A stretch of 64,000 nucleotides of DNA from an uncultured Eubacteriales bacterium (GCA_949077035.1 CARUPR010000001.1:22443-86442); one strand, 5' to 3'. Counted from the stretch's first letter, positions 16,958 to 27,480 are shown. Program-made: numbers and translations. The notes: generated by a model not told the origin, from the letters alone.

Positions 16958-18943
16958 TTAAATTATAGTTCCACTCACGCCATTGAAATATAAGATTTCG
17001 CGAATGGCCTGTTTATCATAAAACTCAATCGCATTTCTTTTAAACCTTTCAATATCTTCCTCTGTGACATCTTCGCCTCTAATATAAATTTCACTTATAT
17101 TAATGCTGTAAATGTTGTCCTTAAACATACCGCTAAGATGAGATGAGAAGAATGAATCTTTTATATCTTCAGAGAAAACTGAATATCCTGAAAAGAGGTT
17201 TTTATTTGATTCTAAGCCATATAAATCACAAATTGTTGGAAGAATATCATATGTATTGCAAAAATCATCAATAATCTTGCCTTCTTCACCAAACAATTTT
17301 GGACTATAAATCATTGCAGGAATATGATTTATTTCTGGATGAGATATATCAGATTTCTTGATGCCTTTTATCGAATAACATAAATCACTATAATAGGCAT
17401 TATGGTCTGTAAACATCAAAATAGATGTGTTTTGGTCAAGTCCTCTTTCTTCAAGTTCTTCTAAAATATAATTGATGGTATTATCAAGGTCAATAGTTGC
17501 AACTTTAAAGTTTCTAAGCATATTTTGTGAACTTTCGTCTTTTGGATAGATATAACCCACCTCTTCCAACCATGTTTTAAAATCCTCTAAATTGTCATCA
17601 TAAATCTGATATTCTTCTGCAAAATTCAGTCTTTCAGTATTGTAAGGACCATGTGATGATAATGAAGTAAAATAAGTCAAGAATCTCTTATCTTTTGGTA
17701 AAAAGTCATCAATCATATTTTCAACAAAATCACAATCCTCAATCCAATCTCCCCAGCTTCCAGTTGTTTGATTTCCGGTGTATTCTTCTTTTGCCAACAA
17801 GTTGTCAAAGCCTATGCCTGTTGCGCCATGTGTAATATGTCTATCATAGAAGGTTTTTCTGTTTGTATGAATATATGATGTAACAACATTCTCATCACCA
17901 CCCCTTTTGAAGAGATGTGGCAGTGAATACTCAAATTCATACCCATTCATGAAGGCATCTTTGATGGTAGAATTTTTAGGCATACTTCCAAGCAAGGTAA
18001 TTCCTTCACTATTGTTTGTTCTGTTTTTTGCATGAAAGTTTTTTAATGCAGCACTGTTCCAACCATTATACATTTTATATAAAGTTGGAGTATTGTATGG
18101 GTCAATGCCAAACATATCAATGCTTTCCATCAATATCACAATAAGGTTGTCGCCATACAATGGTGCATTTGGATTACCTTTTACATAGCCGTCATCAATA
18201 TATTTGATATAATCAATCACTTCATCTTGGTCAATATGTTCTGTTGTAAGACAATTGTAAACTTCTTTTGTATAAAATCCATAAAAACCGAATTTTTTGT
18301 AAGCATCCATTTTAAAATGGAAATTTTCCCAGAGATAGACATCACTTGATTCTATTTCGCTCTCCTGTGATGCACCTGCATTTAGATTGTAAATTTGAAC
18401 TTGATATAGGCATGTCCCAAATGCTTCAACAAATATGAAAAGTGCAACAGCAATTATTGGTGCGGCAAAATATTTGATTGAATAAAACTTTTTATTATAC
18501 ACAGTCAACAAAATGGCGGAAACAAACATTATCAAGAATAAACACAAATTTAAAAACACTCCACCCCAGTCAACAAGGTCAAAAGCAAATGCCGCTTTTG
18601 CTTCATTGCCCAGTTTCAATAAATTAACAGAAAGCACCTCTCCAAACAGACTGTAAAGAGTTGCATTTACCAAGCCAAGACCTGCTTGAAAGGCTAATAT
18701 TAAAGAAAAGACAACAAGCATTGCATACTTATTTTGTAAAAGATAAATAAAAGCTGCAAGCATAATAATTATAGCAAAATCAAACAAAAAATATGATGGC
18801 AAAAACATTAAGTTGCCATTGCTGTTTTTAAGACCTAAATATAAAAAGTTTGCAATTTCCAATATAATAGAACAGATAATAAATAAAATAGGCAAAAAAA
18901 TTCTATTAGTTGAAAGTTTTTTCTCTTTACTTTTCTCTTCCAT
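16958..18943 (-). CDS. LTA synthase family protein (polytopic N-terminus plus extracellular sulfatase-like domain)
   Basis: About five N-terminal TM helices are followed by an alkaline-phosphatase/sulfatase-type domain ('LIVILMESID', 'NRTNNSEG', 'SLSSHGPY', 'FTDHNAYY'). GGAG abuts the first ATG (18952). The ATG at 18943 has better spacing, so I chose it. Confidence 0.8.
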   Translation of the reverse strand: MEEKSKEKKLSTNRIFLPILFIICSIILEIANFLYLGLKNSNGNLMFLPSYFLFDFAIIIMLAAFIYLLQNKYAMLVVFSLILAFQAGLGLVNATLYSLFGEVLSVNLLKLGNEAKAAFAFDLVDWGGVFLNLCLFLIMFVSAILLTVYNKKFYSIKYFAAPIIAVALFIFVEAFGTCLYQVQIYNLNAGASQESEIESSDVYLWENFHFKMDAYKKFGFYGFYTKEVYNCLTTEHIDQDEVIDYIKYIDDGYVKGNPNAPLYGDNLIVILMESIDMFGIDPYNTPTLYKMYNGWNSAALKNFHAKNRTNNSEGITLLGSMPKNSTIKDAFMNGYEFEYSLPHLFKRGGDENVVTSYIHTNRKTFYDRHITHGATGIGFDNLLAKEEYTGNQTTGSWGDWIEDCDFVENMIDDFLPKDKRFLTYFTSLSSHGPYNTERLNFAEEYQIYDDNLEDFKTWLEEVGYIYPKDESSQNMLRNFKVATIDLDNTINYILEELEERGLDQNTSILMFTDHNAYYSDLCYSIKGIKKSDISHPEINHIPAMIYSPKLFGEEGKIIDDFCNTYDILPTICDLYGLESNKNLFSGYSVFSEDIKDSFFSSHLSGMFKDNIYSINISEIYIRGEDVTEEDIERFKRNAIEFYDKQAIREILYFNGVSGTII

Positions 18944-19082
18944 TTCAAACATCTCCTATTAAAACCTTTTTATATTTTATCATATATTAAATCAATTTTC
19001 AACCTATAATAACAAAAAAATGCCACAATTTGCAGCATCTTTTTATTTTTCTTTTCAATTTTAAGATTTATCATCATTTAGA

Positions 19083-19397
19083 TTAAATTACAAGTGGCAC
19101 AACAATACCAGCAATAACAATCAATAAACAAATCACATACAAAACTTTCCATACAAATGGCTTTGACCTTACAAAACGCCATGCAAGAATTGAAACAATG
19201 ATTATCATGATTGCAGTTGCAAAACCTTGCAATGCACCAACAACTTTAAAACTAATGCCAACAGCAGAGAGAATTAAAGAAACTGCATACAAAACAGTAA
19301 CTGCAACGATAGTCCAAAAAGAAATCTTGTTCAAACTCCAAAAACTGCTTTTTGAAGAAGATGATGATGATTTTTTAGTCTTTTTTGATTCTGCCAT
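19083..19397 (-). CDS. Small membrane protein (hypothetical)
   Basis: The ATG at 19397 is preceded by AAGGAGG. The 104-aa product has a Ser/Lys-rich N-terminus followed by three hydrophobic helices. Confidence 0.65.
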   Translation of the reverse strand: MAESKKTKKSSSSSSKSSFWSLNKISFWTIVAVTVLYAVSLILSAVGISFKVVGALQGFATAIMIIIVSILAWRFVRSKPFVWKVLYVICLLIVIAGIVVPLVI

Positions 19398-19545
19398 GAA
19401 ATTTCCTCCTTGCATATATTTTACATTCATCAAAAAAAATTGTCAATTATTTTGTAATGTTTAATTTTAATTTATTTGTCTTAAATATTTATCTAATATT
19501 TCAACAAATATATCTATTTTAAAAATAAAAATTCTTGCTTAAATT

Positions 19546-19737
19546 TTACTGGTCCAAATCGACCAAAAATGGAAGATACTTTTCCCACATATAATCTCTT
19601 ATCGGCATAGGTTGATGGTCTTTGAAATATAAAATAAGTGCGGGCGAAATTCCATGATATTCATCTGCAAATTCATAACCGGTCAACCGACCTTCCAAAA
19701 TCAATTTTTTTACCTGTGCATGATAATTATACCACAT
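19546..19737 (-). CDS. Small cytoplasmic protein (hypothetical, 63 aa)
   Basis: The ATG at 19737 is preceded by AGAGG. The product begins 'MWYNYHAQVKKLILEGRLTGYEF...'. I cannot name a family. Confidence 0.5.
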   Translation of the reverse strand: MWYNYHAQVKKLILEGRLTGYEFADEYHGISPALILYFKDHQPMPIRDYMWEKYLPFLVDLDQ

Positions 19738-19799
19738 TGCAACCTCTAAACTGAAACATTTACTCTCAATAATATTCTCTTCCAAAATGTTTTATATAT

Positions 19800-20579
19800 T
19801 CATCCAAACGCAACATCAAGAATCATCATAACCACAAAACCAAATATCAGGCTCCAACCTGCTATGTGAGATTCTTGTGAATATTTTGCTTCAGGTATCA
19901 TCTCTTCAGCAACGACAAAAAGCATAGAGCCAGCAGCAAACGCAAGCAGCCAAGGCATAAGTGAAGACATAGCTGTTGAAATCAAAATTCCGATTATCGC
20001 CATAACAGGTTCAACAGCACCACTCAGCACACTATATAAAAAGGCCTTTTTATTACTCTTCAATTTTTCTTTCAGTGGCAAACTGATTGCACTGCTTTCA
20101 GGGAAGTTTTGAATACCAATTCCAATCACAAACCATAATGCAGAATAAATCGCATTGCCGCCCAGAAGCAAAGCATTGCCAAAAGCTATTCCGGCAGCCA
20201 AACCTTCTGGAATATTATGTATTGTCACAGCTAAAAATAATTTTGATGTGCCTGACATACTTTTATTTGGGTTTTTTGATTTTCTATTTAAAAGTTTTGG
20301 CAAAACCTTATCCATCATCACCAAAAATAAAGTCCCTAAAATTATGCCAATGGCTGCAGGAAGAAAACTCAAAACTCCATAACTAGTCGATTGCTCCATG
20401 GCTGGCAATAATAATGACCAAATAGAAGAAGCAATCATAATGCCAGAGGCGAAACCTAAAAAGATGCTGTTGGTTTTTTCTTTTATATCTTTTTTAAATA
20501 AAAAAACAATACTGCCGCCCAAGACTGACATTAAAAACATAAATGAAATACCAAGCACCGCTATTAAAATATCACTCAC
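19800..20579 (-). CDS. ZIP family divalent-metal transporter
   Basis: A GTG start follows AGGAGA. The 'HNIPEGLAAG' signature is present, the product is polytopic, and the gene ends in a TGA stop. Confidence 0.85.
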   Translation of the reverse strand: MSDILIAVLGISFMFLMSVLGGSIVFLFKKDIKEKTNSIFLGFASGIMIASSIWSLLLPAMEQSTSYGVLSFLPAAIGIILGTLFLVMMDKVLPKLLNRKSKNPNKSMSGTSKLFLAVTIHNIPEGLAAGIAFGNALLLGGNAIYSALWFVIGIGIQNFPESSAISLPLKEKLKSNKKAFLYSVLSGAVEPVMAIIGILISTAMSSLMPWLLAFAAGSMLFVVAEEMIPEAKYSQESHIAGWSLIFGFVVMMILDVAFG

Positions 20580-20707
20580 ATTTTCTCCTATGTAGATGCC
20601 CCTATAATCAATATAAACAAAAAAAGAAAAAAGGTTACTAAAATATTTTTATATAAACACTGCTACAAAATATAAAATTAAAATGATTAAGCATTAAAAA
20701 AAGATGC

Positions 20708-21310
20708 CTAAACAGCATCATCTTGATTTATAAAATTTTTAATAAAGGTGTTGCGATGAATTTTGGTTTTTCCAAAATTTTTAAGAGCCTGAATATGCTC
20801 TTTTGTGCCATAACCTTTATTTCTTGAAAAACCATAACAAGGATATAACTTATCATATTCTTGCATCAACCTATCTCGATAAACCTTTGCAAGGATAGAG
20901 GCGGCAGCGATATTATATGAAAGAGTATCACCCTTAATAATATTTTCCTGAATAGTGTCAGTTTCAATTTTTACCGCATCGATAAGCACGATATCAGGTC
21001 TGACCTTAAGTCCTTCAAGAGCCTTTTTCATGCCAAGCTTGGTTGCATTTAAAATATTTATTTTATCAATTTCATCTTGCTCTATTTCAATAATACAATA
21101 GCTTATTGCCCTGTCAATAATTTTTTTATACAAATCTTCCCGCTTTTTGGCGGTCAGCTTTTTACTATCATTTATGCCATCAATTATTTGATTTTCATCC
21201 ATTGGCATTATTACACAAGCACAAACCACAGGGCCTGCCAAAGGTCCACGTCCAGCTTCATCAATTCCTGCAACAACTTTATCGGCATATTTTTTTTCAT
21301 AATCAAGCAT
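20708..21310 (-). CDS. rnhB: Ribonuclease HII
   Basis: The catalytic motif 'GIDEAGRGPLAGPVV' is present, along with 'DSKKL', 'IAAASILAK' and 'GYGT..H'. Confidence 0.95.
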   Translation of the reverse strand: MLDYEKKYADKVVAGIDEAGRGPLAGPVVCACVIMPMDENQIIDGINDSKKLTAKKREDLYKKIIDRAISYCIIEIEQDEIDKINILNATKLGMKKALEGLKVRPDIVLIDAVKIETDTIQENIIKGDTLSYNIAAASILAKVYRDRLMQEYDKLYPCYGFSRNKGYGTKEHIQALKNFGKTKIHRNTFIKNFINQDDAV

Positions 21311-21509
21311 AAATTCTCCTAAAAATCAAAAATATCTAAATTAATTATCAAATTAATTTATAAAATTATATCAAACAAATTTAATATAAAAATTTAATAT
21401 AAAAATTTAATAATTTTTAAAAATTGTTTGAAATAAATAAAAAATAAACTAAAAAACACAAAAATTTACCTTTTTTTAATGTTTTTTAGCCATTTTAATA
21501 ATATTTTTA

Positions 21510-21917
21510 TTATTCTCTATTTTTTTTGCATTTTCGCCTGCGAGGAATTGTGACAATAAGCACAAGTGCAATAAAGCCCACTCCGCCAGCAATAACCATT
21601 GCCGAGATATTTTTAAAACCACCTGCCAGGCCATAAAAAGATGTGATTTGCAAGCTTAAATCTTTATCATCAAATTTCTCATCATGACTTATGATAACCT
21701 TGTTTCCTTTAAGCTTATAAAATGCATCAGTCTTAACTTCCCCCAGCTCTTTTGTTTTAACAACAATCTGCATTGTCCCGTCAATTGCAAATTTATATGA
21801 AGTTGTCACGTTGGCAACAGTTGAAGTATAACTTCCTACTGGCAAAATAACACAAGGATATGCAAAGCCAATTACTACAAAAGCCAAGCAAATTAATAAA
21901 AGAAATTTTCTAATCAT
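21510..21917 (-). CDS. Hypothetical bitopic membrane protein
   Basis: The SD AGGGAGA lies upstream. The product has an N-terminal signal/anchor helix, a ~90-aa soluble part, a C-terminal TM helix and a basic tail (RRRKCKKNRE). Confidence 0.6.
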   Translation of the reverse strand: MIRKFLLLICLAFVVIGFAYPCVILPVGSYTSTVANVTTSYKFAIDGTMQIVVKTKELGEVKTDAFYKLKGNKVIISHDEKFDDKDLSLQITSFYGLAGGFKNISAMVIAGGVGFIALVLIVTIPRRRKCKKNRE

Positions 21918-22039
21918 AATTTTCTCCCTAATTCATTTTACCATTTATAAAAACAATTTGCAATATAAATTTTTATTTTTTGACAAAATTTTCAATTTAT
22001 TTTTAGAAAAAACTTAACTAAATTATCTCTCATTTATAT

Positions 22040-22067
22040 TTGCAAAATTTAAAAGTTTTGTTATAAT
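22040..22067 (+). promoter_or_regulatory. Sigma-A-type promoter TTGCAA-16-(TGT)TATAAT
   Basis: TTGCAA is at 22040-22045 and TATAAT at 22062-22067, preceded by TG. It lies upstream of the antiporter gene. Confidence 0.45.
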
Positions 22068-22107
22068 ATTTAAAAGATTACAAACTTTAAATACAAAAGG
22101 CAATTTT

Positions 22108-23304
22108 ATGAGTATTTTTTTAAACATTTTATTTTTAATTTTAGGAATAGTTTTTCTTATCAAGGGTGCAGATATATTTGTAACTGGTGCAAGTTCGGTT
22201 GCTAAAAAATTCAAAGTCCCTTCTCTTTTTATCGGGCTTACTATTGTGGCTTTGGGCACAAGCCTGCCAGAGCTTTCTGTAAGTATTGCAAGTGCCATAA
22301 AAAATAGCGTTGATATGTCTGTGGGAAATATTGTTGGCTCTAATATGATGAATATGCTTTTAATTTTTGGTATAACCATATTAATAAAACCGGTTGTGGT
22401 AAAAAAATCAAGCAAAAAATTGGACTTCCCATTTTTAATTGCAATAACCTTTTTGCTTTTATTGTTTTGCGTTGATACCATCATCAATGGTGCATCAAAC
22501 AATATCATAACAAGGACAGAAAGCTTACTATTCATCGCATCACTAATTGGTTATATTATCCTCTCTATTATAAATGCAAATTCAGAAAGAAAACAAATGT
22601 TTAAAAAACCAGATGATTTTCAGTTTTCATATCATGAAAAAACAAATGATAAGAGCAGCGAGAATGGTGAAAATAATAAAAACGACATTTCCACCGAATT
22701 GACAACTCAGCAAATTGAATCGGACACCTCTCTTGAAAATGAAACCACACTTTCTCAAGATATTGAAAATAATGAGCCTTTGAAAGAGAAAGAAAAGAAA
22801 AAACTGGCAAAGCTAAAAAAGAAAAGAAAAAATGAAGATAAAATTCTTAAAAATTGGCAAATTATCATTTTTATTATTTTAGGTTTGGCTGCCGTTGTCT
22901 TTGGTGCAGAATGTGTTTCTTCAACCTCTCAATTTCTTGCACTTAAAATGGGAATGAGTGAAGCTTTGGTGGGCATCACAATTGTTGCAATCGGGACAAG
23001 TCTGCCAGAACTGGCAACATCCATTTCAGCATCTATCAAAGGCGAAAATGAACTGGCTTTAGGCAATATTTTGGGCTCTAACATCATAAACATTTCTTTA
23101 ATCTTAGGTCTTGTCGGCTTGATTACACAGGTAAGTGTTTCTTCGCTTATATTAATTGACATCTTAATTTTATTTGTTTGCACCCTCGTCTTTTCCATCT
23201 TTTGTATGGCAAGAAAAAATTTATCACGTTGGATTGGTTTTGTCTTTGTGATGATGTATGTCGCTTATATGGTGTTTGCTATTGTAAGAAATTATTGTTT
23301 TTAA
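22108..23304 (+). CDS. Ca2+/Na+ antiporter (CaCA / YrbG family) with an expanded central hydrophilic loop
   Basis: Two alpha-repeat signatures are present, 'ALGTSLPELSVSI' and 'AIGTSLPELATSI'. About 10 TM helices are predicted. A ~90-aa acidic-then-basic insert separates the two halves. Confidence 0.85.
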   Translation: MSIFLNILFLILGIVFLIKGADIFVTGASSVAKKFKVPSLFIGLTIVALGTSLPELSVSIASAIKNSVDMSVGNIVGSNMMNMLLIFGITILIKPVVVKKSSKKLDFPFLIAITFLLLLFCVDTIINGASNNIITRTESLLFIASLIGYIILSIINANSERKQMFKKPDDFQFSYHEKTNDKSSENGENNKNDISTELTTQQIESDTSLENETTLSQDIENNEPLKEKEKKKLAKLKKKRKNEDKILKNWQIIIFIILGLAAVVFGAECVSSTSQFLALKMGMSEALVGITIVAIGTSLPELATSISASIKGENELALGNILGSNIINISLILGLVGLITQVSVSSLILIDILILFVCTLVFSIFCMARKNLSRWIGFVFVMMYVAYMVFAIVRNYCF

Positions 23305-23495
23305 ATAAACTTTCATCTTTTTATATCTTTTAAAACATTTCTTTGATAATTTTATCAATTCTTTATTTTACGATTTTTAAATTCTTATTAAAACTTTTTT
23401 CTTAAAAACTTTATTGTTTTGCTTAAAATTAATATCTTCGCATATTAATTTTTTTTATTTGCATCCTAAAAGAAAGGTCTAAAAAAAGGAATTTT

Positions 23496-24722
23496 ATGAA
23501 AAGAATATATAATAGTTCTAAAACAAAGATGGAATATGTAAAAGGTGATGCTTACTTTTATCAATCTGAAAATAGACTGAAAAGTTATCCTTATTTAAAT
23601 CATGATTTTCAAACTGATATTTTAATTATCGGTGGTGGTGCTGTTGGCAGCATAGCAAATTATTATCTATCAAAAAAATATGATGCAACACTGGTTGATA
23701 AATCAAGATTTGGCAGCGGCTGCACATCATGTGCAACTGTCTTGCTTGAATATCAACTTGATGATTATGCTGAAAATCTGCAAAAAATCATGTCAGAAAA
23801 AGAAATTGTAGATATATATCGCATGGGGCTTGAAAGCATAAAAGAACTGCAAAATTTTATAAATCAACATGGCAATCATTGTCATTTTGCACTTCGCGGC
23901 TCACTTTTATATACAAATAAAAATTTTGGAATAAACGCCATAGAAAAAGAATTTCTTTTTAGAAAGAAAAACAATTTCCATGCAAAACTTATCTATCCAG
24001 AAAATAATCCCTTCCCTTTTGACTTTAAGGCAGGTCTTTATTGTGAAGATGGTGGTGCAGAATTCAACCCCTATCTCTTTACAAAACAAATGATAGAAAA
24101 TTCTCAAAACCAAGACAATCTTTTTGAAAATACAGAGATAATTTCAATCACAAAAATAAATGATGGTTTTATTGCAACAACAAACTTTCATGATAAAATT
24201 TATTGCAAAAAGATTATATTTGCAACTGGATATAATTTTGAACTTCTTTCAAATGCCAATCTATGTGACAGGGCTGTTTCATATACAATTGTCACAAATC
24301 CAATAAAAGAGCTTTCCTCTCTTAAAACCACCCTATTTCAAGATGACGAAGTGCCATATCACTATATGAGAATACTTCCCGACAACCGAATTATATTTGG
24401 CGGAGAAGACAGCAGCTTTAAGAAAGATTCAATTGACGACAAACTTGCCCAAAAAAAATATGCAAAATTAAAAAAAGCCCTCTGTCAGTTGTTACCTCAG
24501 CATGAAAAAGAGCTTGAAATAGCCTATGAATTTTGTGGAGCCTTTGGCTCAACTGAAAATAATCTTGGACTGATTGGCAAAATCAATCAAGAAAATGTCT
24601 ATTATATGCTCAGCTGTGGTGCAAATGAAATTATAAATGCCATTTTTGGTGCAAAACTTCTTATAGATATATTTGAGAACAAAGCAAATAAATTAGAACA
24701 TCTTTTTTCGCCATTGAGATAA
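23496..24722 (+). CDS. FAD-dependent oxidoreductase (DAO family)
   Basis: The N-terminal dinucleotide-binding motif is 'ILIIGGGAVGSIANYYL'. The product is ~400 aa. The substrate cannot be determined from the sequence. Confidence 0.75.
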   Translation: MKRIYNSSKTKMEYVKGDAYFYQSENRLKSYPYLNHDFQTDILIIGGGAVGSIANYYLSKKYDATLVDKSRFGSGCTSCATVLLEYQLDDYAENLQKIMSEKEIVDIYRMGLESIKELQNFINQHGNHCHFALRGSLLYTNKNFGINAIEKEFLFRKKNNFHAKLIYPENNPFPFDFKAGLYCEDGGAEFNPYLFTKQMIENSQNQDNLFENTEIISITKINDGFIATTNFHDKIYCKKIIFATGYNFELLSNANLCDRAVSYTIVTNPIKELSSLKTTLFQDDEVPYHYMRILPDNRIIFGGEDSSFKKDSIDDKLAQKKYAKLKKALCQLLPQHEKELEIAYEFCGAFGSTENNLGLIGKINQENVYYMLSCGANEIINAIFGAKLLIDIFENKANKLEHLFSPLR

Positions 24723-24817
24723 ATTTAACTTAAAAACATGATTTTTTAATATTTTTATTTAATTTTTATCAATTTTTAATAAAACTTATTCAAATTATTT
24801 AAAATTATCTTTATCTA

Positions 24818-25354
24818 TTATTTTTTATTTAAGATTTTTTCTTTATAATATTCTATGCTTTCAGCGATTATTTTAACCGCTTCCTCTCTATTTTCAAGAG
24901 CCTTAATTTCCACCTTTTTATTTTCAAGTTGTTTATAAACATTTAAAAAATGTCTTAATTCATCAAAAATATGAGCTGGCAGCTGACTTACATCTGTATA
25001 TTTGTTATATTGTGGGTCACCAAAAGGGATGGCGATAACTTTTTCATCTCTTTTTTCACGGTCTTTCATGACAATCACTCCAATTGGAAAACATCTTACG
25101 AGACACATTCTTTCAAGTGGCTGACTGCAAAGCACAAACACATCAAGTGGGTCATTGTCCTTACCATAGGTAAGAGGGATAAATCCATAATTCATTGGAT
25201 AATGGGTGCTTGTGTATAAAACTCTATCCATAAGCAAAAAGCCTGTTTCCTTGTCTAATTCATACTTAGTCTTATCACCCTGCTGAATTTCTATGCAGGC
25301 ATAAAAATCATCACTTTTTATCCTTTCCTGACTGATATCTTTCCAAATATTCAT
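24818..25354 (-). CDS. ppa: Inorganic pyrophosphatase, family I
   Basis: The ATG at 25354 is preceded by AAGGAGAAC. Motifs are 'YELDKETG', 'YPMNYGFIP', 'DNDPLDVFVL' and 'DEKVIAIP'. Confidence 0.9.
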   Translation of the reverse strand: MNIWKDISQERIKSDDFYACIEIQQGDKTKYELDKETGFLLMDRVLYTSTHYPMNYGFIPLTYGKDNDPLDVFVLCSQPLERMCLVRCFPIGVIVMKDREKRDEKVIAIPFGDPQYNKYTDVSQLPAHIFDELRHFLNVYKQLENKKVEIKALENREEAVKIIAESIEYYKEKILNKK

Positions 25355-25671
25355 ATTGTTCTCCTTTTTTAATATAATGTCCAAAAATATATATAAATTT
25401 TATCATCTATAAATATAATTTTATCATGACAAATTTAAAAAGTCAAACATTTATACAACAGCTTAAAACAATTCTGATATTTAATAAAAAATTTAAAAAT
25501 TGCAGAGTCTACCTTTATCCTGCTTGCTATAAATTTTCTTAAAATTGCTCTATTTTACTTTAATTTTTTACCATAAAGTTTACATTTCTGAGACAAAAAA
25601 ACACCTATTAATTCACTTAAGGCAACCCCTCAATTTTCCATATATTTAAGGGCGATTTAAGATTTTCACAA

Positions 25672-25696
25672 AACAAAAATAGCCACAAAGGGCTAT
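25672..25696 (-). terminator. Intrinsic terminator downstream of tRNA-Arg
   Basis: On the minus strand, ATAGCC-CTTTGT-GGCTAT is followed by TTTTTGTTTTG. Confidence 0.6.
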
Positions 25697-25697
25697 T

Positions 25698-25774
25698 TGG
25701 TGCGTCGCAAGGGATTCGAACCCCTGACCTTTCGTTCCGTAGACGAACGCTCTATCCAGCTGAGCTAGCAACGC
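25698..25774 (-). tRNA. tRNA-Arg (anticodon ACG), CCA encoded
   Basis: The reverse complement gives an acceptor stem GCGTTGC/GCGACGC and a D arm GCTC-AGCTGGATA-GAGC. The anticodon arm is TTCGT-CTACGGA-ACGAA and the T arm AGGGG-TTCGAAT-CCCTT, with a 3' ACCA end. Confidence 0.9.
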
Positions 25775-25934
25775 ATATTTTTATTAACTTTCATATTATA
25801 TCATATTTATTTTAATTTTGCAATTGTTTTTTATAATATTTTTTCTTCCTTATAAAATTTAAGGCTATTTTAACTCTTATCATTATATTGACATTTTATA
25901 AAATTTATTTATAATTATATATATGGAGTTTTAA

Positions 25935-27407
25935 ATGAAAGATTTTAATAAGAATTATTATAAAGTTGATAAAAAAGGGCTCGGATTAAACCTTGTAAAT
26001 TTAAAAGGTGAAATTTTACCTCATAAAATAAGGAAAAAATTAGGAATCAAATTTTATCGCAATAAAGAAAAACAATATGAGCATCCAAAGTTTACCTTTG
26101 ATATAAATGGTAAAGAATCACAAAAATGTAATGAGTTGAATTTTTATTCTGAAAATCAAGCAATGATTTTTTCTGACAATTTCACCTATTATAATATAAA
26201 TTTAAAATCAGGCATCATTTCTCCCGAATTTTCAGACTATTCTGATAATATTTTTCTAGCCACAAATGGCACTATCTATCAATTAGATGAAAATGGTAAT
26301 ACTATTGACACAGGCTATAAAATGGCTTCTTTTCAACCAAATAAAAATAGATATCGATTTAATGAAAGTAATTTCAATAGCGATTTAATTAAAGTTTCAG
26401 ACAAAAATGGAAAATTCGGGCTAATAGACAAAAATCTTAACAAAGTTTGCCCTTTCATATATGATAATAACAATTTTACTTACCAGTTAATAGATAAGAA
26501 AAACAATTTATTACAGATAACTGATAAAACAAACAACATAATTCAAATCTTTAAAGATAGTAAAGAAATTTTTAAAACAGAGATTGACAATCAATCAAAA
26601 TTTGAAAAACTAGATAATAACTACTATCTGCATAATAGCAAAAACATAAGCAAACTTTTCAAATATAATGTTGAAAATACCTCTTTTAACTTTGCTGGAA
26701 ATTATAATGGCAATATAATTAATTTATATAACATAGGCAATGAAGATTATATAAATATTGAAAATAAAAAATTGATAAAATTAGATAATAATTCTATAGT
26801 TGTTGATGGATGTTTAAATATTAAATTTGAAAAAATTGATGGTGAACCAGTGATTGCTTATGAATTAAATAATTCAAATCAAAAAAACATAATGGGTGTT
26901 TTTTCACCAAAAGAGAATAGAATAGTTCTTTCACCTATTCATAATATTTATGATGTTCAATTTAATCAGTCTGCAAAAATGCCAGATGGGTCTTACAGAT
27001 TTTTAGGCAGAGCTCTTGACGAAGATGATAACAATAAATTCAACTGGGGCGTAATAGATGATAAGGGAAATAAACTAACTGAATTTAAATATCATTTTGA
27101 TACAAACCTTATTAAAACCTTTTATAGATACAACAATAAAGGCGTTGTATCAGAAACATTAATTTCTACAATAGATTCTGGTGATAAGTTTTTTAATATC
27201 AAAGAAGATAACATTATAGCCACTGAAGAAGAGGAAAAAGCTATAAATATTCCAAAAACTCAAAATAAAACAAAAGATAATGACGGTATTATAAAAGACA
27301 CAAGCAACAACAAACTTTTATATTCAGCTCTTGCTAGCGTGCTTTTAAGTCCTGCTGCTGGTATGTATGTTTATATGGCTATGGATGAACTTGAAAATGA
27401 AATGTAG
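25935..27407 (+). CDS. WG-repeat-containing protein with a C-terminal hydrophobic tail anchor
   Basis: The SD GGAG lies upstream. Repeats of the WG/KWG type are present ('GKFGLIDKNLNKVCPFIYD', 'MGVFSPKENRIVLSPIHNIYD', 'WGVIDDKGNKLTEFKY'). There is no N-terminal signal peptide. The C-terminal helix is 'LLYSALASVLLSPAAGMYVYMAM'. Confidence 0.7.
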   Translation: MKDFNKNYYKVDKKGLGLNLVNLKGEILPHKIRKKLGIKFYRNKEKQYEHPKFTFDINGKESQKCNELNFYSENQAMIFSDNFTYYNINLKSGIISPEFSDYSDNIFLATNGTIYQLDENGNTIDTGYKMASFQPNKNRYRFNESNFNSDLIKVSDKNGKFGLIDKNLNKVCPFIYDNNNFTYQLIDKKNNLLQITDKTNNIIQIFKDSKEIFKTEIDNQSKFEKLDNNYYLHNSKNISKLFKYNVENTSFNFAGNYNGNIINLYNIGNEDYINIENKKLIKLDNNSIVVDGCLNIKFEKIDGEPVIAYELNNSNQKNIMGVFSPKENRIVLSPIHNIYDVQFNQSAKMPDGSYRFLGRALDEDDNNKFNWGVIDDKGNKLTEFKYHFDTNLIKTFYRYNNKGVVSETLISTIDSGDKFFNIKEDNIIATEEEEKAINIPKTQNKTKDNDGIIKDTSNNKLLYSALASVLLSPAAGMYVYMAMDELENEM

Positions 27408-27456
27408 CTATATTAAATTTAAAGTTTTTTAAATTAATTTATAATAATTCTAAAAA

Positions 27457-27480
27457 AACACGAAATTTTCGTGTTTTTTT
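27457..27480 (+). terminator. Intrinsic terminator after the WG-repeat gene
   Basis: ACACGA-AATTT-TCGTGT is followed by TTTTTT. Confidence 0.7.

Noticed and set aside
22023-22535. 170-aa minus-strand ORF overlapping the antiporter 5' half
   Set aside because: The plus-strand frame carries the conserved GTSLPEL alpha-repeat and forms a full-length transporter. The antisense ORF has no recognisable features.
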